Part shown: in pieces, positions 1 through 7,859 of the stretch
Layout of the letters: every line of letters starts with the position of its first letter
Position numbering within the stretch: the stretch's first letter is position 1
Position numbers and translations under genes: made by a program
Notes under the pieces: generated by a model
What the model was told of the DNA's origin: nothing
The model's input: only the letters and a program-made list of their open reading frames with translations
Databases searched by the model: none
From: Wolbachia endosymbiont of Dirofilaria (Dirofilaria) immitis
Lineage (GTDB): Bacteria > Pseudomonadota > Alphaproteobacteria > Rickettsiales > Anaplasmataceae
Direction: 5' to 3'
Assembly: GCF_013365455.1 (NCBI RefSeq)
Contig: NZ_CP046578.1
Coordinates: 300,001 to 332,000 of the forward strand
DNA length: 32,000 bases

Positions 1-1
1 T

Positions 2-772
2 GAAAAAATATCTCTTGAATTAAAAGTGAAAGGCCTAATAAATATTCAATTTGCCGTTCAAGAAGATAATATATATATACTTGAAGTGAACTTAAGGGCT
101 AGTCGCACAGTTCCCTTTATTTCTAAAGTAATCAATATTCCTATCGCAAAGCTTGCCACTCAGGTTATCTTAGGTAAGAAATTAGACCAGGAAAAAAAAT
201 CTATTGATCACTTTGCAGTTAAAGCTGCTGTTTTCCCATTTTCTCGTTTTTTAGGAGTTGATATTCTACTTGGTCCTGAAATGAAGTCAACGGGAGAAGT
301 GATGGGAATTGACTCATCCTTCGAGGCTGCGCTCGCGAAAGCGTACATGGGTGCAGGGTATAGGTTGCCAACAGAAGGAAAAGCTCTGATTTCAGTAAAA
401 GATGATGATAAAGAGTACATGTTGTCAGTTGCACGAATGCTAAAGGAACTGAGTTTTGAGATATATGCCACCAGGGGTACAGCTTCGTATCTAAATAATA
501 ATGGTATAGCTGCAAAAGCTGTGAATAAGGTAAGAGAAGGCAAGCCTAATATAGTTGATATGCTTAAAGATGGAAAAATAAGTCTGGTAATCAATACTTC
601 AAAAGGTGTAGAATCGGCCTCAGACAGCAAAGATATTCGTAGAGCTGTTATTTCGCAAAATATTGCTTACAGTACTACAGCTTCTGGAGGCAGGGCACTA
701 GTGCTTGCAATCCAATATTTAAAGAGTAGCAAGCTGGAAGTGAAGTCATTACAACAGATACAGAATATTTGA
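2..772 (+). CDS. carB: carbamoyl-phosphate synthase large subunit, C-terminal fragment (5' end lies outside the window)
   Basis: Frame 2 is open from the window edge (EKISLELKVKGLINIQFAVQEDNIYILEVNLRASRTVPFISK...). That is the end of the second ATP-grasp domain, followed by the MGS-like allosteric domain (ALISVKDDDK...YATRGTASYL...GKISLVINT). The listed ORF 26..772 is the same frame. Confidence 0.85.
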   Translation, partial: EKISLELKVKGLINIQFAVQEDNIYILEVNLRASRTVPFISKVINIPIAKLATQVILGKKLDQEKKSIDHFAVKAAVFPFSRFLGVDILLGPEMKSTGEVMGIDSSFEAALAKAYMGAGYRLPTEGKALISVKDDDKEYMLSVARMLKELSFEIYATRGTASYLNNNGIAAKAVNKVREGKPNIVDMLKDGKISLVINTSKGVESASDSKDIRRAVISQNIAYSTTASGGRALVLAIQYLKSSKLEVKSLQQIQNI

Positions 773-960
773 GTACTAAGAATAAAATAGTTTTATGTAA
801 GTAGTTTTAGCATTTTTTAGAATTGGGTCTGTTTTGCTTATAGCTAATGAAGTTAGAATTTATTGACGTTATCTGCAATTCGTTTGCTATACAGTTATAT
901 ATCTAAGCTAGGTAAGAAAAGGATAATATACTAGATTTAGATTATATGGAAATTTACATG

Positions 961-1034
961 CGGGAGTGATGAGACTTGAACCCATGACCTCATGCGTGAC
1001 AGGCATGCGCTCTAACCAACTGAGCTACACCCCC
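961..1034 (-). tRNA. tRNA-Asp (anticodon GTC)
   Basis: The reverse complement folds as a 74-nt cloverleaf: GGGGGTG-TA-GCTC-AGTTGGTTA-GAGC-G-CATGC-CTGTCAC-GCATG-AGGTC-ATGGG-TTCAAGT-CTCAT-CACTCCC-G. All four stems pair, with one G-U each in the acceptor and T stems. The anticodon loop CTGTCAC gives GTC. CCA is not encoded. Confidence 0.9.
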
Positions 1035-1054
1035 ATTTTTGGGCTTTGCTTTTA

Positions 1055-1083
1055 AGGCTAATGGGTACACTACCTTTTGTCAA
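1055..1083 (-). promoter_or_regulatory. candidate sigma70-like promoter for tRNA-Asp
   Basis: The minus strand reads TTGACA (1083..1078), a 17-nt spacer, then TAGCCT (1060..1055), about 20 nt upstream of the mature tRNA 5' end. The -35 is perfect and the -10 is weak (3/6). Confidence 0.3.
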
Positions 1084-1200
1084 TATTTTTATTTGCGTTT
1101 TGGTCTCTTTTATATTATCATAAAAATAATTTAATTTCATGTATGGCTTATACAGATAGAGATTGTGCCATGTGAAGATGAACCGTTTGGAGGAATTAGG

Positions 1201-2040
1201 ATGGTAAATTTGCCTGAAATCACTATACGTGATTTAGCTGGGTCTGGTGTGCATTTTGGTCATAAGGTTAGTCGATGGAATGCAAAAATGGCTCCATATA
1301 TATATGGGATACATCAAGAAAATCGTATACATATAATTGATTTGCGGAAAACATTACCACTGCTACAGGTAGCAATGAGAGCTTTATATGACGTTGCATC
1401 TCAGGGTGGTCGTGTTTTATTTGTTGGCACGAAATTTCAGGCTTTGGATATTATTGCAAGTGAAGCAATTCGTTGTGGTCAATATTATGTAAATTATCGT
1501 TGGCTAGGTGGTATGCTTACTAACTGGGAGACTGTTTCTTCCTCAATAAAGACTTTAATCCAATGTGAGAAAATTTTAAATAATGGAAATAGAATTTTAA
1601 CGAAGAAAGAATTAGGGAATATTGAAAAGAAGAGACAAAAACTTGATAAGGCATTAGGTGGCATTAGGGAAATGGGAGCAATTCCAGATATTTTGTTCGT
1701 TATTGATACTAATAAAGAGCACATTGCAGTTAAAGAAGCTAAAAAATTAAGAATTCCAATAGCTGCAGTACTTGATACTAACTCCAGTCCAGATGATATT
1801 ACTTATCCTATACCAGGAAATGATGACTCAAGAAAATCAGTAGAGCTTTATTGCAGGTTAGCTGCTGACTGTATATTATCAGGGATAGAATCCAGTTTAG
1901 CAAAATCTGGAGTTAAGGTTGGTAATGTAAAAGGTAGTGAGTTTATTCAAGAGAAAGGAAATAGTGTTGTAGAGGTTAAAAAGGGATATAGTAAAGTTCA
2001 TAGAAAGGAGGTGATAGTAAATGAAAATGAGTCTAGGTAG
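1201..2040 (+). CDS. rpsB: 30S ribosomal protein S2
   Basis: The sequence [36 protein letters not shown]...[10 protein letters not shown] is the canonical S2 pattern. The ORF is open from GTG 1165, but ATG 1201 is preceded by GGAGGA at a suitable distance. The 3' end overlaps the tsf start by 20 nt. Confidence 0.95.
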   Translation: MVNLPEITIRDLAGSGVHFGHKVSRWNAKMAPYIYGIHQENRIHIIDLRKTLPLLQVAMRALYDVASQGGRVLFVGTKFQALDIIASEAIRCGQYYVNYRWLGGMLTNWETVSSSIKTLIQCEKILNNGNRILTKKELGNIEKKRQKLDKALGGIREMGAIPDILFVIDTNKEHIAVKEAKKLRIPIAAVLDTNSSPDDITYPIPGNDDSRKSVELYCRLAADCILSGIESSLAKSGVKVGNVKGSEFIQEKGNSVVEVKKGYSKVHRKEVIVNENESR

Positions 2041-2890
2041 TATAAGAGAACTGCGTGGTAGAACAGGACTTGGTTTGAGTGATTGTAAAAAGGCGTTAGA
2101 AGAGTGTGATGGTGATATCAAAAAGGCCATTAACAGGTTACGTGCAATTGGTCTTGCTAAAGCTGATAAAAAGATTAACAAGGTAACTTTAGATGGGCTA
2201 ATTACTATGCATTTAAGTGAAAACCGTGGTGTATTGATAGAGCTCAATTGTGAAACTGATTTTGTTGCGAGGAATGAGAAGTTTATAAAGTTAATCTTAA
2301 ATTTAGTATCAATTGCTTATCGAAAGCGCTGTACTAGTGTTGATGATTTAAAAGATGCTAAGTATGAAGGTGTTGGTACAGTGCAAGAAGCTATTATGAA
2401 TACAGCATCTGTTTTTGGTGAGAAAGTAGAGCTGAGCAAACTTTGTTACCTGGAAATTAAAGATGGAATTATCGCTGGCTATGTACATGGTGATATGCGT
2501 AACCTAGGTAAAGTTGGAGCTTTAGTTGCATTGCAATCATTAGGTGATCAGTTAAAGCTACAGGAAATTGGAAAGCAAATAGCAATGCATGTAGTTGCTA
2601 TGAAGCCTGAAGCTCTTTCTATAGATGGTTTAAGTTATGCAAGATTAAATAGTGAGCGTTTTATGATTGAGGAACAAGTAAATAGTTTAAGTAAGCCTGA
2701 AGAAATAACAGAGAAAATAGTAGATGGTCTAATGGCCAAGTATTATGAAAAAGTTATTTTGTTGGAGCAGAAGTTCATTAAAGATGATAAGATGAAAGTT
2801 TCTGATTTTATAAAGTTGAGTGAGTTGAATGTGAATTCTTCTATTAAATTGTCTGATTATAAGTTACTTGTTTTGGGTAATAAAAATTAA
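2021..2890 (+). CDS. tsf: elongation factor Ts
   Basis: There is an N-terminal UBA-like motif ([34 protein letters not shown]) plus the [15 protein letters not shown] motif. AGGAGG lies 7 nt upstream of the ATG. Confidence 0.95.
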   Translation: MKMSLGSIRELRGRTGLGLSDCKKALEECDGDIKKAINRLRAIGLAKADKKINKVTLDGLITMHLSENRGVLIELNCETDFVARNEKFIKLILNLVSIAYRKRCTSVDDLKDAKYEGVGTVQEAIMNTASVFGEKVELSKLCYLEIKDGIIAGYVHGDMRNLGKVGALVALQSLGDQLKLQEIGKQIAMHVVAMKPEALSIDGLSYARLNSERFMIEEQVNSLSKPEEITEKIVDGLMAKYYEKVILLEQKFIKDDKMKVSDFIKLSELNVNSSIKLSDYKLLVLGNKN

Positions 2891-2900
2891 GTAGTTAGAA

Positions 2901-3647
2901 ATGACTGCTGCAACAGATGAAGAAAGTAAGCTAATAAAATACTCTAGGGTATTATTCAAAATTTCTGGTGAAGCTTTAATGGGGTCACGGCATTTTGGTC
3001 ATGATATGGAAGTTATAGATCAATTGTGCAAAGGTATAGCTGATATTTATAAGCTTGGGGTTCAGGTGTGTATTGTAGTTGGTGGTGGTAATATCTTTCG
3101 TGGTGCATCTACATTTTTAAGTGGTTGTGAAAAAGCAAGCAGTGACTATATTGGGATGCTTGCAACCATAATTAATGCTTTAATTTTGCGAAGCTTTTTG
3201 GAAAAAAATTCAGTAAGTTCTAGAGTGTTGTCTGCAATACCTATGACTACTATATGTGAGCCTTACATAAGGAAAAAAGCTATTCGTCATTTGGAAAAAG
3301 GCAGAGTAGTAATCTTTGCAGCTGGTACAGGTAATCCATTTTTTACTACAGATACAGCTGCGGCTCTACGTGCTGTTGAAACGAATTGTGATGTTATCCT
3401 GAAAGGTACCCAAGTAAACGGTGTGTACTCTGCTGATCCGGAAAAAAATGAAAATGCTGTAATGTATGATAGGCTTTCTTATATGGATTTGTTAACACGT
3501 GATTTAAAAGTTATGGATGCATCAGCCATCTCTCTTGCGCGTGAGAATTCTATTCCAATTATAGTTTTTTCTTTAAAAGAGGAAAAAATAATCAATATTA
3601 TTAAGGGCCTTGGTACTTGTACTGTAATTTCGTCAGGCTGTAAATGA
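2901..3647 (+). CDS. pyrH: uridylate kinase
   Basis: The sequence [13 protein letters not shown]...[10 protein letters not shown]...[13 protein letters not shown]...[19 protein letters not shown] is the amino-acid-kinase fold of the UMP kinase type. Confidence 0.95.
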   Translation: MTAATDEESKLIKYSRVLFKISGEALMGSRHFGHDMEVIDQLCKGIADIYKLGVQVCIVVGGGNIFRGASTFLSGCEKASSDYIGMLATIINALILRSFLEKNSVSSRVLSAIPMTTICEPYIRKKAIRHLEKGRVVIFAAGTGNPFFTTDTAAALRAVETNCDVILKGTQVNGVYSADPEKNENAVMYDRLSYMDLLTRDLKVMDASAISLARENSIPIIVFSLKEEKIINIIKGLGTCTVISSGCK

Positions 3648-3657
3648 TAGGTAATTT

Positions 3658-4215
3658 ATGTTGAATAAAGTAAGAACTAAAATGAAAGAAAAGATGCTAA
3701 AAACTGTTCAGTCTTTTCATAATGATATTAAGGGTATACGTACCGGTAGAGCTAGTTCATCATTACTAGATGGCATAGTTGTAAATATCAATAGTGGACA
3801 TCAAAAGCTAAATCAGGTTGCTGACATTTCGGTTGTAAATAATAAAACTTTATCAATTAAGGTTTGGGACATTAGTGTTATAGGTGAGGTAAGAAATGCT
3901 ATATTAAGTGCTAATCTAAATTTAAACTCTGTGATTGAAGGTAATGTTATACGTATAACTCTTCCAGATCTCACGCAAGAAGCTCGTGAAAGATTAGTAA
4001 AATTATTGTACCAGTTTGCTGAAAATGCACGTGTTGCCGTTAGAAATATACGCAGAGATGTTATGGAAGAAATAGGGGAAATGCAGGAAAATAAAGAAAT
4101 CTCAAAAGATGATTTTCATGGTGCTAAAAAGCAAATACAAGATATTACTGATGATAGTATCAAAAGGATTGATAATGAGTTGTCCATTAAAGAAAAGGAA
4201 ATACTATATCGCTAA
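3658..4215 (+). CDS. frr: ribosome recycling factor
   Basis: The sequence DIKGIRTGRASSSLLDGIVV...ITLPDLTQEARERLVKL...RVAVRNIRRD is the typical Frr pattern. An alternative start Met lies 8 codons downstream. Confidence 0.95.
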   Translation: MLNKVRTKMKEKMLKTVQSFHNDIKGIRTGRASSSLLDGIVVNINSGHQKLNQVADISVVNNKTLSIKVWDISVIGEVRNAILSANLNLNSVIEGNVIRITLPDLTQEARERLVKLLYQFAENARVAVRNIRRDVMEEIGEMQENKEISKDDFHGAKKQIQDITDDSIKRIDNELSIKEKEILYR

Positions 4216-4268
4216 GTTGACATGAAAGAAGCCTTCAGTAGTAAAGATAAGCAAATTACTTTAAAGGA

Positions 4269-4453
4269 TGTTGTCCCAGTGCTCCGATACTGGAGTCTAG
4301 CTTTTAGTAATTTTATTAAAAATATTGTATTTATAATGTAAGATTGGTTCTTTTATGCTCATCGACCTAGTGTGCTTGTTGTTTGCAATCAAAGTTTCCG
4401 GATTTCAGTATTGGAGCATTGGGATAATACTCTCCAGATGCATGCTGAAATCC
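4269..4453 (+). promoter_or_regulatory. intercistronic structured RNA element (30-bp long-range helix or an alternative local hairpin) between frr and uppS
   Basis: Region 4269-4298 pairs with 4400-4429 over 30 consecutive positions (23 Watson-Crick, 7 G-U, 0 mismatches). Region 4400-4416 can instead pair with 4432-4453 (ggatttcag/ctgaaatcc, two Watson-Crick pairs plus one U-G extending it, then tggag/ctcca). The pairing is sense-strand specific. Function is unknown. Confidence 0.4.
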
Positions 4454-4492
4454 AAAAGAACTTTGCTCAAGTTAAAACCTGATTAAATTTGA

Positions 4493-5188
4493 ATGTTAAA
4501 TCTAGAATCTTTACCAAAACATTTAGCAATTATAATGGATGGTAATAGTAGATGGGCAAATAAGCAGGGGAGGGTAAAGGTTGATGGTTATAAAAGGGGT
4601 AGTGAGGTTGCGTATGACATTGCTAAGTATTGCATAACTTTAACTATACCATGTTTAACTTTATATGCATTTTCTATGGAAAATTGGCTCAGGCCTAAAG
4701 AAGAAATTGATTGTATATTTGATTTATTTTACTTTGCTTTGGCAAATGAGGATAAAGTTAATTTTATTTGTAACTATAATATTAAATTGAACTTTGTTGG
4801 AAATTTAAATCTGTTACCTCAAAAAGTATTTGATCAAATAAAAAAAGTAGAAGAAATGACATGTAAAAATGATGGCTTATTACTTACTGTAGCGGTCAGC
4901 TATGGAGCAAAACAAGAAATTATACATGCTATAAGTAATATAATAAAAGAAAATATTGATTATGTGTCAGAAGATAGATTTGAACAATTTTTATATACTA
5001 AAGATTTACCAAAGCTAGACTTGTTGATTCGTACTGGTGGTGAAAAAAGGTTAAGTAACTTTTTGTTATGGCAAGCAGCTTATGCTGAGTTGTATTTTTG
5101 TGATACTTTATGGCCTGATTTTTCTTGTCAAGATTTAAGCAGAGCATTAGAAGACTACGCAAAAAGAGAGAAAAGATATGGTAGATAA
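4493..5188 (+). CDS. uppS: undecaprenyl (isoprenyl) diphosphate synthase
   Basis: The sequence HLAIIMDGNSRWA...LTLYAFSMENW...DLLIRTGGEKRLSNFLLWQAAYAELYF carries the cis-prenyltransferase signatures. Confidence 0.9.
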   Translation: MLNLESLPKHLAIIMDGNSRWANKQGRVKVDGYKRGSEVAYDIAKYCITLTIPCLTLYAFSMENWLRPKEEIDCIFDLFYFALANEDKVNFICNYNIKLNFVGNLNLLPQKVFDQIKKVEEMTCKNDGLLLTVAVSYGAKQEIIHAISNIIKENIDYVSEDRFEQFLYTKDLPKLDLLIRTGGEKRLSNFLLWQAAYAELYFCDTLWPDFSCQDLSRALEDYAKREKRYGR

Positions 5189-5804
5189 TAATTTTATAAT
5201 TAGAGTACTGTCTTCAATAATAATATTGCTTATATTCTCTTTTGCTATGTATTTTAGTGATTTATCATTTTACCTACTGGTTTTTTCGATAGCGGTTCTA
5301 TCTTCTTTTGAATGGTATAATCTGACTCGGGGAAGCAGGATCTTATGTGTTTTCGCGTTAGCATTGATTGCACTGCCGAATGCTTCGTTGATATACTTAT
5401 ATAATCTACCGCAAGGGAAATATACATTAGTATGGCTCATCTTGACCGTTTGGAGTATTGATGTCACTGCGTATCTGTTTGGTAAGAATTTTGGTGGGGC
5501 TAAAATTTGCCCGATTATTAGTCCTGGAAAGACTTGGTTAGGTCTTTTTGGTGCAGCTTTAGCTGGAATAATATGTACGACTTTTGGGTCAGTATTTTTA
5601 AGTTTATTTTCAATTTTTTATTCTCCGGTAATTGGACTTACGGTTGCTATTCTAGCACAACTTGGTGATTTTACTGAATCACTTATCAAAAGAGCTTATA
5701 ATGTTAAAGATAGTGGAAGTATGATACCTGGTCACGGAGGAGTACTTGATCGTATGGACAGTTTCATCTTCACTGCTCCTCTTATTGCTATCTATGTAAA
5801 CTAG
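5178..5804 (+). CDS. cdsA: phosphatidate cytidylyltransferase (CDP-diglyceride synthase)
   Basis: It is a multi-TM protein ending in the CDS signature ESLIKRAYNVKDSGSMIPGHGGVLDRMDS. It overlaps the uppS stop by 11 nt. Confidence 0.85.
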   Translation: MVDNNFIIRVLSSIIILLIFSFAMYFSDLSFYLLVFSIAVLSSFEWYNLTRGSRILCVFALALIALPNASLIYLYNLPQGKYTLVWLILTVWSIDVTAYLFGKNFGGAKICPIISPGKTWLGLFGAALAGIICTTFGSVFLSLFSIFYSPVIGLTVAILAQLGDFTESLIKRAYNVKDSGSMIPGHGGVLDRMDSFIFTAPLIAIYVN

Positions 5805-5835
5805 CTAGCTTTAGAAAATGAAATGCTATTAAAGT

Positions 5836-6057
5836 TCATCCATGGATTCTTTTCCTTTTATTAGCTCCTGTCATAATGCACTTATTAGTAAGTTTAGATT
5901 CTTTAGATTTAAATTCTTCATCCATTGGTTTATTACAGTAAGGGCAGAACGTTCTTCCTTTTTCTTTATATAAATATATTAGCGGATGGCCGAAACCTTC
6001 GTCGTCCTCATCACCACGGCAACAAACTATTACACTATTATTTCTTACTTCTGTCAT
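5836..6057 (-). CDS. small zinc-finger protein, zf-CHCC / NDUFS6-like domain
   Basis: The 73-aa ORF contains VCCRGDEDDEGFGHPLIYLYKEKGRTFCPYCNK. This matches the C..G...GHP...C.YC pattern of the zf-CHCC domain found in alphaproteobacteria and in the C-terminus of mitochondrial NDUFS6. Confidence 0.65.
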   Translation of the reverse strand: MTEVRNNSVIVCCRGDEDDEGFGHPLIYLYKEKGRTFCPYCNKPMDEEFKSKESKLTNKCIMTGANKRKRIHG

Positions 6058-6122
6058 GCTGCTCCTTTGGTTTATACTATTTTATGTGTTAAATATATAT
6101 GTTTGAGAGTGGAAAATAAACA

Positions 6123-6636
6123 TTATTCTTTACTTCTTGCTCTATTCATATTTAGGTTAATCAGTTCTTTTTGAACGCTTTCTGAAGTAAATTTGCTAAC
6201 ACTTTCTCCTAATCTCGCTATTTCTTTTACAAAACTTGATGAGATGAACTGAGTGTCTTCAGAGGCAGGAAGAAATATAGTCTCAATTTCAGGAAGAAGT
6301 TTATAATTTATCCAACTCATTTGAAACTCATAATCAAAATCTGATACTGCTCTAAGTCCTCTAATGATAATAGAAGCATTTTGCTCTTTTGCGAACTTCA
6401 TTAATAACCCATTAAAAGATACAACGTCTGCACTAATTCTTAACCTTTTGATTTCATTTTTGACCATGCTTGTACGTAGCTTTGCGTTAAAAGTAGTGTA
6501 CTTATTAGTGTTTTCTGTAACACCAATTATTAATTTATTGATTAATTTATACGCCCTTTTTTATTATATCAATATGCCCAAAGGTTATAGGATCAAATGT
6601 ACCTGGGTAAATTCCTGTTCTATTACTAGTGTCCAC
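6123..6636 (-). pseudogene. coaD: phosphopantetheine adenylyltransferase interrupted by a 1-nt frameshift in an A6 run
   Basis: The upstream frame (GTG at 6636..6634) gives [27 protein letters not shown] and then stops at 6549..6547. The downstream frame opens after a stop at 6563..6561 and gives [40 protein letters not shown]...ARSKE, the same frame as the listed ORF 6123..6467. The two frames join at the sense-strand run AAAAAA (plus-strand tttttt, 6557-6562). Five A would give an uninterrupted protein of about 170 aa carrying the T/HxGH motif. Confidence 0.8.
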
Positions 6637-6718
6637 CCTTTATTTTTATGAAAATTGCTATTAAAAACTTTTAATAGACACGATAACATTTTTTATCTAA
6701 GAATGGAAGCACGTGGTT

Positions 6719-6791
6719 GGCCTGATAGCTCAGTTGGTAGAGCAAAGGACTGAAAATCCTTGTGTCGCTGGTTCGATTCCTGCTCAGGCCA
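6719..6791 (+). tRNA. tRNA-Phe (anticodon GAA)
   Basis: It folds as a 73-nt cloverleaf: GGCCTGA-TA-GCTC-AGTTGGTA-GAGC-A-AAGGA-CTGAAAA-TCCTT-GTGTC-GCTGG-TTCGATT-CCTGC-TCAGGCC-A. The acceptor, D and anticodon stems are perfect. The T stem has one U-U mismatch at the central pair. CCA is not encoded. Confidence 0.85.
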
Positions 6792-6824
6792 CTTTTTCTT
6801 TCTTGTTAAGTTTTCCTTCTTTTT

Positions 6825-6902
6825 GATGCTAAATAATTTATTATATGTTATCTCACTTACATGAATGTAAGTGAGATAACATATAATAAATTATTTAGCA
6901 TC
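6825..6902. repeat. perfect 78-bp palindrome (38-bp arms, 2-nt centre)
   Basis: Region 6825-6862 (gatgctaaataatttattatatgttatctcacttacat) is the exact reverse complement of 6865-6902. The centre is ga (6863-6864). The ATG of ORF 6861..7859 sits at the apex. Confidence 0.95.
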
Positions 6903-7859
6903 TTATTAAGCATAGTTCTATTATTCAATGGTATCGCTTATACAAACACTGATAGAAGTTTATACTCAATAAATAGAAATATAGTTGTTGGTTTATTAAA
7001 AACAGAGAAAGAAATATATTCATATGAGGTTGGTTTATTTCAAAATATTTATGAAATGTTTAATAATTGGAAGGCAAGAACTGTACTGATTGACTACGAT
7101 AAGATAATTAACCTTGAAAAAATCCAGGCAGAGTCATTTAATCTCGCAAAACAAGATGAAATATTGGCAAGGAAGCTAATATTGAATAGAGTAAAAGTTA
7201 AAGTTGCAAAGTTCATTGAGGAGTTCAAAATAAATAGAATATTTATTCTAGGGAGTTACTACAATTCATACTCTGGACCACTTTCTCCTACTTCTTGCCG
7301 TCAGCTTGTTATTGAAGCAATTATGGAAATAGTAAATAGCAATCCTGCAATTCACTTACTTGCTATGTGCGGCGGCTTACAAAGCATTATGAATGCAAAA
7401 GGGATTGAAGTAGTAAACGCGACAGATCTTGTAAGTGATAAAGAAAAGCGAAGGTTTCATTCAAGATCAACACCTAATCCACAGCAAGAAGACATTCCCC
7501 TCCAGCAGGTAAGGATAATTCCAAATAGCCGCTTAGCAAAAGTAGTGGCTAAGTTTTTGCTGCCTGATGAGAACGGCTGGTTTTTAACATATTTTCTGGG
7601 TGCTTATTCAGGAGCAATAAATAATACGCTAGAAAATAGAAAGAAATTGGAGTTACTTGGGTATAAAGTTGTAGCATTTTCCAATGATGGAATAATAGAG
7701 GCTATTGAAGATAAGCATGGTAATATCTGCTTTCGAGGTCATTTAGAAATACTTACTGTAAAGCCAAATAGAAACCTATATTTATTGAATCATAAGGCAC
7801 GTCATGTTCCTACACTAGTTGTTATAGCAATTGTAAGTGATTTTCTTTACCGTGATTAA
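6861..7859 (+). CDS. class I glutamine amidotransferase-like / peptidase C26-like protein with an N-terminal signal or anchor segment
   Basis: The 332-aa ORF has a hydrophobic N-terminus (LFSILLSIVLLFNGIAY). It has a nucleophile-elbow-like LLAMCGGLQSIMN motif and a downstream FRGHLE motif (His-x-Glu), consistent with a Cys-His-Glu triad. Family assignment comes from motif recognition only. The start codon is uncertain because of the palindrome. Confidence 0.5.
   Translation: MNVSEITYNKLFSILLSIVLLFNGIAYTNTDRSLYSINRNIVVGLLKTEKEIYSYEVGLFQNIYEMFNNWKARTVLIDYDKIINLEKIQAESFNLAKQDEILARKLILNRVKVKVAKFIEEFKINRIFILGSYYNSYSGPLSPTSCRQLVIEAIMEIVNSNPAIHLLAMCGGLQSIMNAKGIEVVNATDLVSDKEKRRFHSRSTPNPQQEDIPLQQVRIIPNSRLAKVVAKFLLPDENGWFLTYFLGAYSGAINNTLENRKKLELLGYKVVAFSNDGIIEAIEDKHGNICFRGHLEILTVKPNRNLYLLNHKARHVPTLVVIAIVSDFLYRD

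Noticed and set aside
208-630. Minus-strand ORFs 208..630 and 219..515 inside carB.
   Set aside because: They are antisense shadow ORFs within a confidently identified gene. They have no recognisable protein features.
863-893. A promoter-like TTGACG - 19 nt - TATACA on the plus strand between carB and tRNA-Asp.
   Set aside because: The spacer is too long at 19 nt. It would fire into the antisense of tRNA-Asp, more than 300 nt from rpsB. This is insufficient support.
1494-2247. Minus-strand ORFs 1494..1724 and 1897..2247 antisense to rpsB and tsf, plus 5270..5467 antisense to cdsA.
   Set aside because: They are shadow ORFs opposite well-supported genes, with low-complexity hydrophobic translations.
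6556-6564. A programmed -1 ribosomal frameshift at the in-phase A-AAA-AAG heptamer of coaD.
   Set aside because: A -1 shift reads GGG CGT ATA AAT TAA and so terminates after 4 codons. The productive frame needs a +1/-2 shift or an A5 transcript. A sequencing error or a true mutation is therefore more likely than dnaX-style recoding.
5986-6651. Plus-strand ORFs 5986..6174 and 6364..6651.
   Set aside because: They lie antisense to the zf-CHCC gene and to coaD. The coaD reading on the minus strand explains the region better, because the nucleotide-binding motif and the family C-terminus are both present there.
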